In this document: positions 56,015 through 64,000 of the stretch, in pieces
How positions within the stretch are numbered: position 1 is the stretch's first letter
Layout of the letters: each line of letters opens with the position of its first letter
From: Candidatus Poribacteria bacterium
GTDB taxonomy: Bacteria > Poribacteria > WGA-4E > WGA-3G
Direction of reading: 5' to 3'
Assembly: GCA_965197475.1 (NCBI GenBank)
Contig: CBDANF010000003.1
Span: forward strand, 2,925,971 to 2,989,970
DNA: 64,000 nt
Program-made: the position numbers and the translations under genes
Notes under the pieces: model-generated
Told to the model about the DNA's origin: nothing
The model's database searches: none
Seen by the model: only the letters and a program-made list of their open reading frames with translations

Positions 56015-57004
56015 TTACGACGAAGAGAGATTTATGGTGTTGCGGACTTCGGTGATAATAGCATCCGGTTTAATACTCTCACCTTGTCCCTCAAAGTTGA
56101 GAAGAATGCGGTGACGGAGGGCAGGAAGAAGGACAGCGTCGATATCCGCGTAAGCAACGTTATAACGTTCATCAAGAAGTGCCTTGATTTTTGCGGTGAG
56201 GGTTATCGCTTGGATGCTACGGATACCCGCACCAAGATGCACATAACGTTTGACAATCTCAGGTGCATCCGGCGAATCTGGATGCGTAGCACGAACAAGT
56301 CGGATGATGTGTCGTTCCACATGTTCTGCGATGATAACCTGCGGGACAAGCTGCCGCATCTGGTTAAGTGTTTCGGCATCCGTGACTTTGTCAATTGTGA
56401 TATTTGCGCCAGATGTAGTGCGCCGCAAAATCTGGACTATCTCATCCTCATCAGGGAATTCTATGAGAAGTTTGAATAAAAACCTATCAAGTTGTGCCTC
56501 TGGAAGCGGGTATGTACCCTCCATCTCAAGCGGGTTTTGCGTGGCGAGAACACAAAAAGGCTCTTCTAATTTATGACTTGTCCGCCCAACCGTAACAGTG
56601 TGGTCCTGCATTGCTTCAAGAAGTGCTGATTGGGTGCGCGGTGTCGCCCGATTAATCTCATCAGCGAGGATAAGTTGTGCGAAAATCGGACCTTGCTGAA
56701 ATTCAAACTGCTTTCTGCCCTGTTCATCTTCAATGAGAAAGGTTGTACCGGTGATATCAGACGGCATCATATCCGGTGTGAAATGGATCGGTTTGAAAGT
56801 AAGGTTAAGTGCTTCGCTGAGTGTCCGGATAAGTTGAGTTTTGCCTAAACCGGGTATACCTTCAAGCAGCGCGTGTCCATTCGCAAGTAGACAAAGAAGA
56901 ACGCCTTCAACGATCGCATCTTGGCCGACAATACGTTTTTGGATTTCAGTCTTGACGCGATAGAATGTCTCACGAAATTCTTGGATTTGGGTTTCTATAT
57001 TCAT
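56015..57004 (-). CDS. MoxR-family AAA+ ATPase
   Basis: Walker A GIPGLGKT, Walker B LILADEINR, sensor VLATQNP. Start chosen at MNIETQ to avoid overlap with the upstream gene. Confidence 0.85.
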   Translation of the reverse strand: MNIETQIQEFRETFYRVKTEIQKRIVGQDAIVEGVLLCLLANGHALLEGIPGLGKTQLIRTLSEALNLTFKPIHFTPDMMPSDITGTTFLIEDEQGRKQFEFQQGPIFAQLILADEINRATPRTQSALLEAMQDHTVTVGRTSHKLEEPFCVLATQNPLEMEGTYPLPEAQLDRFLFKLLIEFPDEDEIVQILRRTTSGANITIDKVTDAETLNQMRQLVPQVIIAEHVERHIIRLVRATHPDSPDAPEIVKRYVHLGAGIRSIQAITLTAKIKALLDERYNVAYADIDAVLLPALRHRILLNFEGQGESIKPDAIITEVRNTINLSSS

Positions 57005-57056
57005 ATTTTTGGGTTCATATTTTGGCACGCCTACTGTTAATGTCTGCTCACAAAAT

Positions 57057-58106
57057 TTACCAGTTATCTCTTGTGACATAGAGAGAACGATTTTCCATTG
57101 GAAGCGAGACACGATTGCCACCCAACCGATGCGATTCAATCATGCCCATCAACGTCTCTTGACTACGCCGTGCAAGATGAACAGGTCCTTTTGTTACACG
57201 GTCTTCGTCAAGTGCTTCGGCGATGTCCGTTATGCCCATAACAGTACCAGTAGCACGGGAAACTTCTGGAAATGGTACGGCCTCATAAAAAGCACCATCT
57301 TTTTTACGAAATTGAACTTCTCTGCTGTTATTTTGGACTCGGATTTTGCCACCTGTGCCGCACACCTCAAATTCGGGTCCTGTACCAGCAGTATTATACC
57401 CGTGCACCCCGTTGGAAAAACGGATATACCCACAAGTAATTGCTGGATCAGCGTTCAAGCGATTTCCATCCCAATCTGAGTCCTTGCACGAAACTGTACC
57501 TTGAACAAAGTTAACCTCTGGATCACCTGCAAGAAAAAGGAGCATGTCGGCGGCGTGCGTTAATCCCCAAAGCGCGGAGCTTGCACCGCATTGTGCAATG
57601 GTACACTGAATGTCGCCGATTTCGCCCGCATCAACGAGTTCGCGCACTTTGCGATAAATAGGCATGAAGCGGCGTTGCGTACCGTAGTTGAATTTGACAC
57701 CGTGCTTTTCAACAATATCCACCATGATGTCTGCTTCTTCCATAGAACAGCAAAGCGGTTTTTCACAGTAGATACCCTTGACACTGTTTTCTGCTGCGAA
57801 AACAGTAATATCTGCGTGTGGTCCTGGGCGCGTGGCGATACAGACGATGTCAGGTTTCTCTTTTTCAATCATCTGTTGGTAGTCTGTATAGGCGCGCTCG
57901 GCTCCGTAACGTTGTCGGATAGCTTCGGCTTTTTCAGCGAAGACATCGGAGACAGCGACGAGGTCTGTTCTGTCACAAGCAACAGCGGCTGCAGCGTGAG
58001 AGAAGGGTTGCCAGATGAAACTATCGGGACGGTCTGCGACTTCATCGTCAATAGTTGCGCCCATCCGTCCGCATCCGATGAGACAAGTTTTATATGTGTG
58101 TGGCAT
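57057..58106 (-). CDS. Gfo/Idh/MocA-family oxidoreductase
   Basis: CLIGCGRMG Rossmann motif and EKPL motif (YCEKPL). 349 aa. Confidence 0.85.
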   Translation of the reverse strand: MPHTYKTCLIGCGRMGATIDDEVADRPDSFIWQPFSHAAAAVACDRTDLVAVSDVFAEKAEAIRQRYGAERAYTDYQQMIEKEKPDIVCIATRPGPHADITVFAAENSVKGIYCEKPLCCSMEEADIMVDIVEKHGVKFNYGTQRRFMPIYRKVRELVDAGEIGDIQCTIAQCGASSALWGLTHAADMLLFLAGDPEVNFVQGTVSCKDSDWDGNRLNADPAITCGYIRFSNGVHGYNTAGTGPEFEVCGTGGKIRVQNNSREVQFRKKDGAFYEAVPFPEVSRATGTVMGITDIAEALDEDRVTKGPVHLARRSQETLMGMIESHRLGGNRVSLPMENRSLYVTRDNW

Positions 58107-58347
58107 ATTTTTCTCCTACAACATAAATCCCAGTGATCAACATAAAAGCGTTATAATAAAATCAATACCTTCGCCAAAAAATACTTGAATAAATAGGGCT
58201 GTTGTCCAAAAGTTATAACAACTAAACATAACTTAGAAAGGACAATCCCCATACCCTAAAATTATAGCACTGTTTACTGTTTTTATTCCACATTTATCCG
58301 CAACGACGACCTGTCAATTATGCCGAGTTGCATTCGCACTGCTTGCG

Positions 58348-58482
58348 ATGACAGGGCGGGTAACAATGTTAAATATATCTCGCTGGACTTCACAAGGAGG
58401 TAGCTACCGCACCGGACAACGCTTTTTCAACACTGTTATTCCCTGGGCAGCGATTTGCTGGATGTTTTTTCGCACGCAGAGG
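58348..58482 (+). mobile_element. Remnant of a transposase N-terminus (IS701/IS4-like, uncertain)
   Basis: LNISRWTSQGGSYRTGQRFFNTVIPWAAICWMFFR resembles, from memory, the N-termini of DDE transposases. The ORF then runs into an unrelated dehydrogenase fragment. Confidence 0.35.
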
Positions 58483-58907
58483 TTTTTGGTGAGCAGAAAT
58501 ATGTGGTATACTGCGGTCCGATCGGATCCGGACAGATCGTTAAGGGAGTAAATCAATTAGCAATGGGACTCGGTGCTGCTGCTTACATGGAAGCCATGGC
58601 GTTTGGCGTATATGCTGATGTGGATCCGATAGCAATTCGTAACGCTGTTGGCATGGGTGATGGTTGGCGTGGAGAGTTTGACAGAATCGCAAAACGTATT
58701 ATAGATGACTCAGGAAAAAAGCTCGTTGTTAAATATCCTGAATTACTCTATTTTCTTGCTGAAGCAGAAGCATCGGGATTTGAGATTCCACTTACAGAAG
58801 CACTTTATGAATTTTGTAAAAAGGGAAGTTATACGATGTATGACAACATGAACCGACCATCGCGTTCTTTTTGGCATGAATTGACCAAAGACTCTAATCA
58901 GGAATAG
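58455..58907 (+). pseudogene. C-terminal half of a 3-hydroxyisobutyrate/6-phosphogluconate dehydrogenase-like protein (N-terminal Rossmann half missing)
   Basis: FGEQKYVVYCGPIGSGQIVKGVNQLAMGL matches the mid-protein GSGQ..K..N motif of this family. There is no NAD-binding N-terminal domain upstream. Confidence 0.6.
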
Positions 58908-58948
58908 CATTTCCACATTTAATTCAAATATTCAATCTCTAATTTCTG

Positions 58949-60037
58949 CTACGGTGTTACTGATTTCGCACAACGGAAACCAGTAAGATGGCTTGTGCGT
59001 GCTGGATCATTTCCACGTCGGTAAGTTATCCATACACGTGGTTGACCACTCTCGACCCATGAACCACCCCGTAATGCACGAGAAGATTTAATGTTCTTAA
59101 AATTATCTATAACCTCCTTAATACTATCGTCACCAGCAATCGGATTACTGTCCGGTGGATCTTCATAAAAATCTTTATCATACGCATCAAGACACCATTC
59201 CAATACGTTTCCAACCATATCATATAGACCATACCCGTTAGTGGGATAATCCCCAACAGGCGTTGTACTACCGGTAACGCCAACATTCAAGGTGTAGTTC
59301 GCCTTGTTATCGTCAATTGAATTTCCCCACGGATATTTTTGACCTTCTACACCACCACGTGCAGCTTTTTCCCATTCTGCCTCAGTCGGTAAACGCTTTT
59401 CTACCCATTCAGCATACGCAGCAGCTGCATACCAACTCACATAAATAACAGGATGGTCAGCTTTTTCGCTTGGATAAGTATTTCCAGACCAATTGACGAG
59501 ATAATTTCCATCATGAAATTTGCTGTCAATATGCTCTTTTTGCCACTCAGGGTTGGCATCAACGAATTTTTTATATTGTATATTCGTTACCTCATATTTG
59601 TCGATATAGAACGCGTCAAGGTAGACCGGATGTCCAGCTTGTTCAACATTTCCTGCTTGTCCGCTGATACTGCCTAACTGAAATTTTCCTTCAGGAATTA
59701 GTACCATGCCTTCAGGGGTTACGACATGGTCTTCTACAGTGAAAGTGAGTCTACGGCTCCCACCTTCCCAAGTGACTTCTACATCAAGCTTCCCTAATGT
59801 GAAGGGACCCGTAATAGTTACAATCTTATCAGATGTAGTTGATTTTCCTGGCGAAACAGTAAGATTTTGTGGAGTGCGATTAAAACTTACAGTAATAGTT
59901 GCGTCAGTGGATATAGTACTTCCATCGGACGGATCCACAGATTGGATTTCTACCGAGTCATCTTCTCCACAGCCAATTATAGAGAAGGTAAAAATATATG
60001 CAAGAATTATTGCTAAAAAATATGATTTCTTTTTCAA
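58949..60037 (-). CDS. Lipoprotein with Ig-like N-domain and formylglycine-generating-enzyme (SUMF1/FGE-sulfatase) domain
   Basis: Lipobox IIGC. FGE-type motifs HPVIYVSWYAAAAYAEW, EAEWEKAARGG, GNVLEWCLD, ALRGGSW. Confidence 0.8.
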   Translation of the reverse strand: MKKKSYFLAIILAYIFTFSIIGCGEDDSVEIQSVDPSDGSTISTDATITVSFNRTPQNLTVSPGKSTTSDKIVTITGPFTLGKLDVEVTWEGGSRRLTFTVEDHVVTPEGMVLIPEGKFQLGSISGQAGNVEQAGHPVYLDAFYIDKYEVTNIQYKKFVDANPEWQKEHIDSKFHDGNYLVNWSGNTYPSEKADHPVIYVSWYAAAAYAEWVEKRLPTEAEWEKAARGGVEGQKYPWGNSIDDNKANYTLNVGVTGSTTPVGDYPTNGYGLYDMVGNVLEWCLDAYDKDFYEDPPDSNPIAGDDSIKEVIDNFKNIKSSRALRGGSWVESGQPRVWITYRRGNDPARTSHLTGFRCAKSVTP

Positions 60038-60242
60038 AATATTCTCCTTTCAAATATCAAAAGTAGAGCAATCGGACTTACAAAGCCCTCCTATAAGAAA
60101 AGGCGAATGTAGATAGCATTAGTCTGTATTAAACGCAATGAGTAGTTTTGGACTTGCAACAAGCCCCTGAATTTTTAATTTTTAACACCCTTTGCACCTT
60201 TTTCCTTGACAAACCCCTCTCAAATAACGTATCCTATTAAAA

Positions 60243-60322
60243 TCATTCGTTGTCAGGGCTGTTAGTGCAACATACCTTATGTTGCACCCTGACACCACTT
60301 CTAACAGAGTGTAAACGAATGA
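60243..60322 (+). ncRNA. Strongly structured ~80-nt region inside the IS passenger segment (candidate leader or sRNA)
   Basis: Nested stems TCATTCGTT/AAACGAATGA, GTCAGGG/CCCTGAC and TGCAACAT/ATGTTGCA. The bulged CTGTTAG is complementary to the downstream CTAACAG. A candidate promoter TTGACA-18-TATCCT lies upstream. Confidence 0.35.
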
Positions 60323-60429
60323 CCGGATGATACCCCGTTTAACGTATCAATTTTATATGCTTGAGCAGTGCATAACGCATTGCATGATACGCTATGCACC
60401 ATTTTATCTCAAGCAAAGTGAGGTGCATT

Positions 60430-60561
60430 ATGGCTTTTAAAAAGCCTGTCATGCGGTATCGCAGTGCCATTACTGGTAGATACGTACGACCATGGGTAGC
60501 AAAACGCTATCCCAAAACGACGGTTAAAGAAACCGACAAACCTCGCAAGCGGTGTAAATAA
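60430..60561 (+). CDS. 43-aa basic peptide (not in the ORF track)
   Basis: RBS GAGGTG then ATG. Translation MAFKKPVMRYRSAITGRYVRPWVAKRYPKTTVKETDKPRKRCK, followed by the hairpin ATGTTAGGG-gtctttgat-CCCTAACAT. Confidence 0.4.
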   Translation: MAFKKPVMRYRSAITGRYVRPWVAKRYPKTTVKETDKPRKRCK

Positions 60562-60631
60562 TCCGCTTGCATACATGTTAGGGGTCTTTGATCCCTAACA
60601 TACACATATTACCTCACTAAGGGAGCTTAAA

Positions 60632-61057
60632 ATGCACAGAAAAATTGGACCTGGTGGCGTTATCCTTAATCCTACAAACACACCTCCAGCATTGTCACGT
60701 CCAGATGAATTTAAAACCAACTGGAAACAATTGTCGTTTTCATTCAAAGGTAGAATAAACCGAAAAGACTATTGGATATATTTCTTAGGTACTGGTTTAT
60801 TATACATAACTTTTGGGGCATTTTTGATATATACAGTAGGTGAAATTGCGTATTACGCTTTTATGATACCAATTGGTTTCGTGAAATTCTTCTGGTGTGA
60901 TAACGCTGTTACAGTGAAACGATTCCATGATTTTGGTAGATCTGCTTGGTATCTTATCCCACTTTACATACCTCTGATTGGTATAGTCCTTTGGTTTATG
61001 TTTGCTTTCAGTAAAGGTGATCCCGAACCAAACAAGTATGGCGAACCGCCCAAATAA
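60632..61057 (+). CDS. DUF805-family inner-membrane protein
   Basis: GRINRKDYW, VKRFHDFGRSAWY and a C-terminal GDPEPNKYGEPP are typical DUF805 features. Confidence 0.7.
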   Translation: MHRKIGPGGVILNPTNTPPALSRPDEFKTNWKQLSFSFKGRINRKDYWIYFLGTGLLYITFGAFLIYTVGEIAYYAFMIPIGFVKFFWCDNAVTVKRFHDFGRSAWYLIPLYIPLIGIVLWFMFAFSKGDPEPNKYGEPPK

Positions 61058-61110
61058 CCCAACAACGAGGGGACCCTGTCCCCTCTAACCACAAAGGAGA
61101 TTAAACCCAT

Positions 61111-61434
61111 GTGGGTAATACTGAAGAACCCCGTAAAGGACCCGAATTTGATCTTTTAGCAGTTCATCTTGAATCTTTTAACGCAATTGCTATATTCAAC
61201 TTTGACAAAAAATACCATCTTGCCATGATTAAACATTTCGACGGTCATTTTTCGAATCACTCATATATGCATTGCGTTTTTGATGTATTTGACACGTACA
61301 AACAGGCTCAGGACTTCTTTCAAGAGATGGTAGAATCCCTAAAGACTGGCGAATCAGTATTTGATCTGCGTCCCCGCGCGGATTTGAACTCAGAGAAAAA
61401 GGAGAAAAAGGAGAAAAAGGGTGGTTATCTATAG
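61111..61434 (+). CDS. Hypothetical protein with C-terminal (EKK)n tail
   Basis: 107-aa ORF with a GTG start 11 nt after AAGGAG. The tail is encoded by 3 x GAGAAAAAG (61393-61419). Confidence 0.35.
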   Translation: MGNTEEPRKGPEFDLLAVHLESFNAIAIFNFDKKYHLAMIKHFDGHFSNHSYMHCVFDVFDTYKQAQDFFQEMVESLKTGESVFDLRPRADLNSEKKEKKEKKGGYL

Positions 61435-61437
61435 CAT

Positions 61438-62319
61438 TCATCTCATACTTTCATTGACAAACTTGACAAACAAGCTGTCAACGCTCCTATAGTTATACTT
61501 ATAGCACGCTTCCGCCACATACAGCGGTGTGTATCCTGTCTGATAATGGTGATGCTGTCCATACCAAGCCCGTTTGAGTAGTGACCAGAACCCTTCAATC
61601 GTGTTTGTATGTGTATCACCATCAGCAAACTGCACCTTGTGGTTGATAACAGCGTGCTTCATTTCTTTCCCAATAGCGTTGTAAGCCTGATATTCATCGG
61701 TTATTAGTTCCGAGTTTTTTAGGTTTACAGCACTCCGAATAAACTCAAGGATAGTGCGTCCTGTGAGGTTGTGTGCCACCTGTGCGACAACCCTACCCCC
61801 ACGTTGCACTGCTCCTATTATAGCAGTTTTCTCCGTTCCTCTGCCACGTTTATGTGGTTCATCATCTTCACGTTTGTTCTTTTTACGAGATTTACCGCCA
61901 ATATAGGTCTCATCTGCTTCAATGATACCTTGTAGTAAAGCCCCGCCTTTCTTTGCCATTTCAGCACGAATACGTGCCATCATAAACCATGCTGTCTTTT
62001 GATTCAAGTCTAAATCGCGCGCCAGTTGATGACTTGACAAACTTTTCTTCGCATTCGTTATCAACGAAATAGCTAAAAACCACTTCTGTAACACTATCTT
62101 TGTCCCGTGAAACACCGACCTGCACGTCACCTTGAAACTCACTTGGCACTCGTGGCAGTTCCACCGACCGATACGACCGATCTTTGTCTCCTCACGCCTG
62201 CCCACATGACCGCTTTCACAATGCGGACACACAGGTTTACCTCGCCACCGAATCTTCTCTAAATGCGAAATACAACTCTCTTGATCGGGGAAACGCTCCA
62301 TCACCTTCAATAAATCCAT
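61438..62319 (-). CDS. IS1595-family transposase
   Basis: MDLLKVMERFPDQESCISHLEKIRWRGKPVCPHC, then EADETYIGG, TDEYQAYN and HTNTIEGFWS. It is a paralogue of the transposase at 32857-33732. Confidence 0.9.
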   Translation of the reverse strand: MDLLKVMERFPDQESCISHLEKIRWRGKPVCPHCESGHVGRREETKIGRIGRWNCHECQVSFKVTCRSVFHGTKIVLQKWFLAISLITNAKKSLSSHQLARDLDLNQKTAWFMMARIRAEMAKKGGALLQGIIEADETYIGGKSRKKNKREDDEPHKRGRGTEKTAIIGAVQRGGRVVAQVAHNLTGRTILEFIRSAVNLKNSELITDEYQAYNAIGKEMKHAVINHKVQFADGDTHTNTIEGFWSLLKRAWYGQHHHYQTGYTPLYVAEACYKYNYRSVDSLFVKFVNESMR

Positions 62320-62488
62320 CAGATAACTCCTTGAAATAGGAGTTGCTTTTTCTGACGGATTTCTGATATAATACCAGATAAGATTAGAACCTTCAGAAAG
62401 CAACTCTGCTTTTTGGGTTAATTGGGAGGCTACAACCTCCCTTTTTCTTATCTATATTATACCATATAAACCCAGTCTACACAAGGCT

Positions 62489-63331
62489 TTATAGCGATTT
62501 TTTAAAATTTTTCTCAAGTCCAAAACTACTCATTGCGGTATTAAATACCTGTTGCATTTCTACCTTTAACGTCTCAAACAATTCGCCTTTCAGACTGATT
62601 AGTTCCCTATCAGTGATGCTTCTAGGACGCGGTAACGGCACATCAACTTCCGCTTTTATTGATGCGGGTCTGGCAGTTAAGACATATATCTTATCAGCAA
62701 GCAGAAGTGCTTCCTCAATATCGTGGGTTATCAACAGGACAGTCTGACCGCCTTTGTCCCAAATATCTAAAAGAATAGATTGCATCACAGTGCGGGTCAT
62801 TGCATCCAATGCACCAAAAGGTTCATCCAAAAGCAGAATCTCTTTTCGGAAAAGGAGCGTCCTGACCAAAGCAACGCGTTGTCGCATCCCACCCGAAAGC
62901 TGCATCGGGTAACTATTTGAAAACCCCTGCAAACCGAGCTGCTCCAATAGTTTTTGTGCTTCCGTTTTTGCTGAACCAAACGATTCCTTCTGTATTTCTG
63001 GGCCGATGAGTACGTTCTTTAAGACTGTTCGCCAAGGGAGAAGGAGGTCCTTCTGTTGCATATACCCGAACGCGCCTGTATTACCTTGGATACGTTTCCC
63101 GTTGAGATAAATTTCCCCGGATTGCGGTGCGAGAAGTCCTGAGATAATATTGAACAACGTACTCTTACCGCATCCAGAGGGACCAAGCAATGCCACAAAC
63201 TGCCCAGTATTCACTGAAAAGTTTAACTCGTTCAGTACTGACAGTTGTTTGTTGCTTTGAACGAATGCGTGTGTTAAATTCAGAACTTCAAGTTTTGTCA
63301 TAATACTATGGTATCTGTTCTGCGCGGTCAC
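62489..63331 (-). CDS. ABC transporter ATP-binding protein (nitrate/sulfonate/taurine NitT/TauT type), C-terminus rewritten by the IS end
   Basis: Walker A GPSGCGKST, signature LSGGMRQRVALVRTL, Walker B LLLDEPF. The last 15 codons (AMSSFGLEKNFKKSL) lie inside the IS terminal repeat. Confidence 0.85.
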   Translation of the reverse strand: MTAQNRYHSIMTKLEVLNLTHAFVQSNKQLSVLNELNFSVNTGQFVALLGPSGCGKSTLFNIISGLLAPQSGEIYLNGKRIQGNTGAFGYMQQKDLLLPWRTVLKNVLIGPEIQKESFGSAKTEAQKLLEQLGLQGFSNSYPMQLSGGMRQRVALVRTLLFRKEILLLDEPFGALDAMTRTVMQSILLDIWDKGGQTVLLITHDIEEALLLADKIYVLTARPASIKAEVDVPLPRPRSITDRELISLKGELFETLKVEMQQVFNTAMSSFGLEKNFKKSL

Positions 63332-63360
63332 AAACCATCGCCTACGGTTTGAAAAAATAC

Positions 63361-64000
63361 CTAACCACGCGCAGCACGTTGCCGAAAAAAACGGATTAAC
63401 GGTATAACATAAGACTCGTCTGTTTGGATATCAATAAAATCAACCTGATTTACCCTAAAAGTATGTTGACGTTCTGCAGCATTTTTTTCATTAAGTTCTG
63501 CATATAACTGTCGTGCTTGTGTTGATCGCGTATCTACAACGATTCGCTCTCCAGTCTCCGCATCTTGTAACTCTATTATACCTACGTTTGGCATCTCCAT
63601 TTCCCTTCGGTCCTGTAGGGATATTGCAATCAGTGAATGCCGCTTGCTGGTCATACGCAGCTGCTTTTGATATTCCGTTCCCATAAAATCTGATATTAGG
63701 AACACAACACTATGCGGTTTGAGAACCCGATCTGCAAATGTCAAAGCATCCGCAATATTAGTCCCCGTTTTTTGGGGTTGAAAACGGAGAATATCACGAA
63801 CGACCCGCAGCACATGTCTTTTACCTTTGCGAGGTGCAACATAGTGTTCAACTGAATCGGTAAAGCAAATGAGTCCTACTTTGTCATTGTTTTTGATGGC
63901 AGAAAAAGCAAGCAGTGCGGCAATTTCTGCCGCTACCTCTGCTTTTGTCTCAGGAATACTTCCGAAGGTTGTTGAGGCACTCATATCCACGATCAACATC
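63361..64000 (-). CDS. DUF58 (vWA-like, MoxR-associated) protein, N-terminus beyond the window end
   Basis: LIVDMSASTTFGS (MIDAS-like DxSxS), VVFLISDF. The ORF is open to the window edge. Confidence 0.75.
   Translation of the reverse strand, partial: MLIVDMSASTTFGSIPETKAEVAAEIAALLAFSAIKNNDKVGLICFTDSVEHYVAPRKGKRHVLRVVRDILRFQPQKTGTNIADALTFADRVLKPHSVVFLISDFMGTEYQKQLRMTSKRHSLIAISLQDRREMEMPNVGIIELQDAETGERIVVDTRSTQARQLYAELNEKNAAERQHTFRVNQVDFIDIQTDESYVIPLIRFFRQRAARG

Larger units (their letters stand above)
60134..62537 (-). mobile_element. IS1595-family element (2404 bp) carrying passenger genes, with 8-bp TSD GTATTAAA
   Basis: Perfect 23-bp terminal inverted repeats: CGCAATGAGTAGTTTTGGACTTG at 60134-60156 and its complement at 62515-62537. 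Direct repeats GTATTAAA at 60126-60133 and 62538-62545. Confidence 0.85.

Noticed and set aside
57005-57139. A 45-codon N-terminal extension of the MoxR ORF in the track (start 57139).
   Set aside because: It overlaps the 3' end of the upstream oxidoreductase gene and is not MoxR-like. The internal MNIETQ start gives the usual ~325-aa length.
61393-61419. A 3 x 9-nt tandem repeat GAGAAAAAG.
   Set aside because: It is in frame and simply encodes the (EKK)n tail of the 107-aa passenger ORF. It is too short and too coding to call a regulatory repeat.
1-64000. Window-wide look for CRISPR arrays, cas genes, reverse transcriptases (retron or DGR), integrases or prophage modules, and rRNA genes.
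   Set aside because: None was found in any of the six frames or by eye in intergenic regions. All mobility here is IS- or MITE-type.

Overview
64-kb chromosomal segment of a moderately AT-rich bacterium. Its gene content looks like an uncultivated lineage: a T9SS-like C-terminal sorting domain, dockerin-like repeats, LamG, an FGE-sulfatase domain and three Gfo/Idh/MocA oxidoreductases. The phylum cannot be assigned from sequence alone.

Housekeeping backbone: SpoU methyltransferase, a GGGP-synthase-family gene, grpE-dnaJ-prmA, a PIG-L deacetylase, glcD-like oxidase, an RND pump, hisA, a sugar ABC transporter, a CDF transporter, coaE, modABC, MoxR and DUF58. There are also two giant genes: a 2410-aa TPR protein and a ~1600-aa secreted beta-propeller/Ig/dockerin protein.

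Four accessory islands sit between these blocks, and the window is unusually rich in mobile DNA:
- a partial IS3-family end
- three IS1595-family elements, each with a clean 8-bp target-site duplication (TSD); one is 2.4 kb and carries passenger genes
- one IS5-family element
- a transposase remnant
- a 163-bp MITE with an 8-bp TSD, plus a solo copy of its terminal repeat

Most interesting content:
1. Two independent ABC/AAA15-21-type ATPase defence-like cassettes, both knocked out by IS1595 insertions plus frameshifts. One is GIY-YIG + ATPase + DUF4276/Toprim-like. The other is ATPase + a ~110-aa PD-ExK-like protein, with the IS sitting exactly in the Walker A codons.
2. A GC-richer two-gene DUF1670 cassette bounded by a 13-bp perfect inverted repeat, with a 7-nt tandem-duplication frameshift and an outward-facing consensus promoter.
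3. A stand-alone EF-Tu paralogue that keeps its P-loop but has lost the DxxG and NKxD motifs.
4. An AT-rich island with two degenerate tRNA-like genes behind a consensus promoter, next to an AbiJ/HEPN-like gene and an MmeI-like Type IIG restriction-modification (RM) gene.

Seven accessory genes here are disrupted or truncated, while the long core ORFs are intact. No CRISPR array, Cas gene, reverse transcriptase, integrase or rRNA gene was seen.
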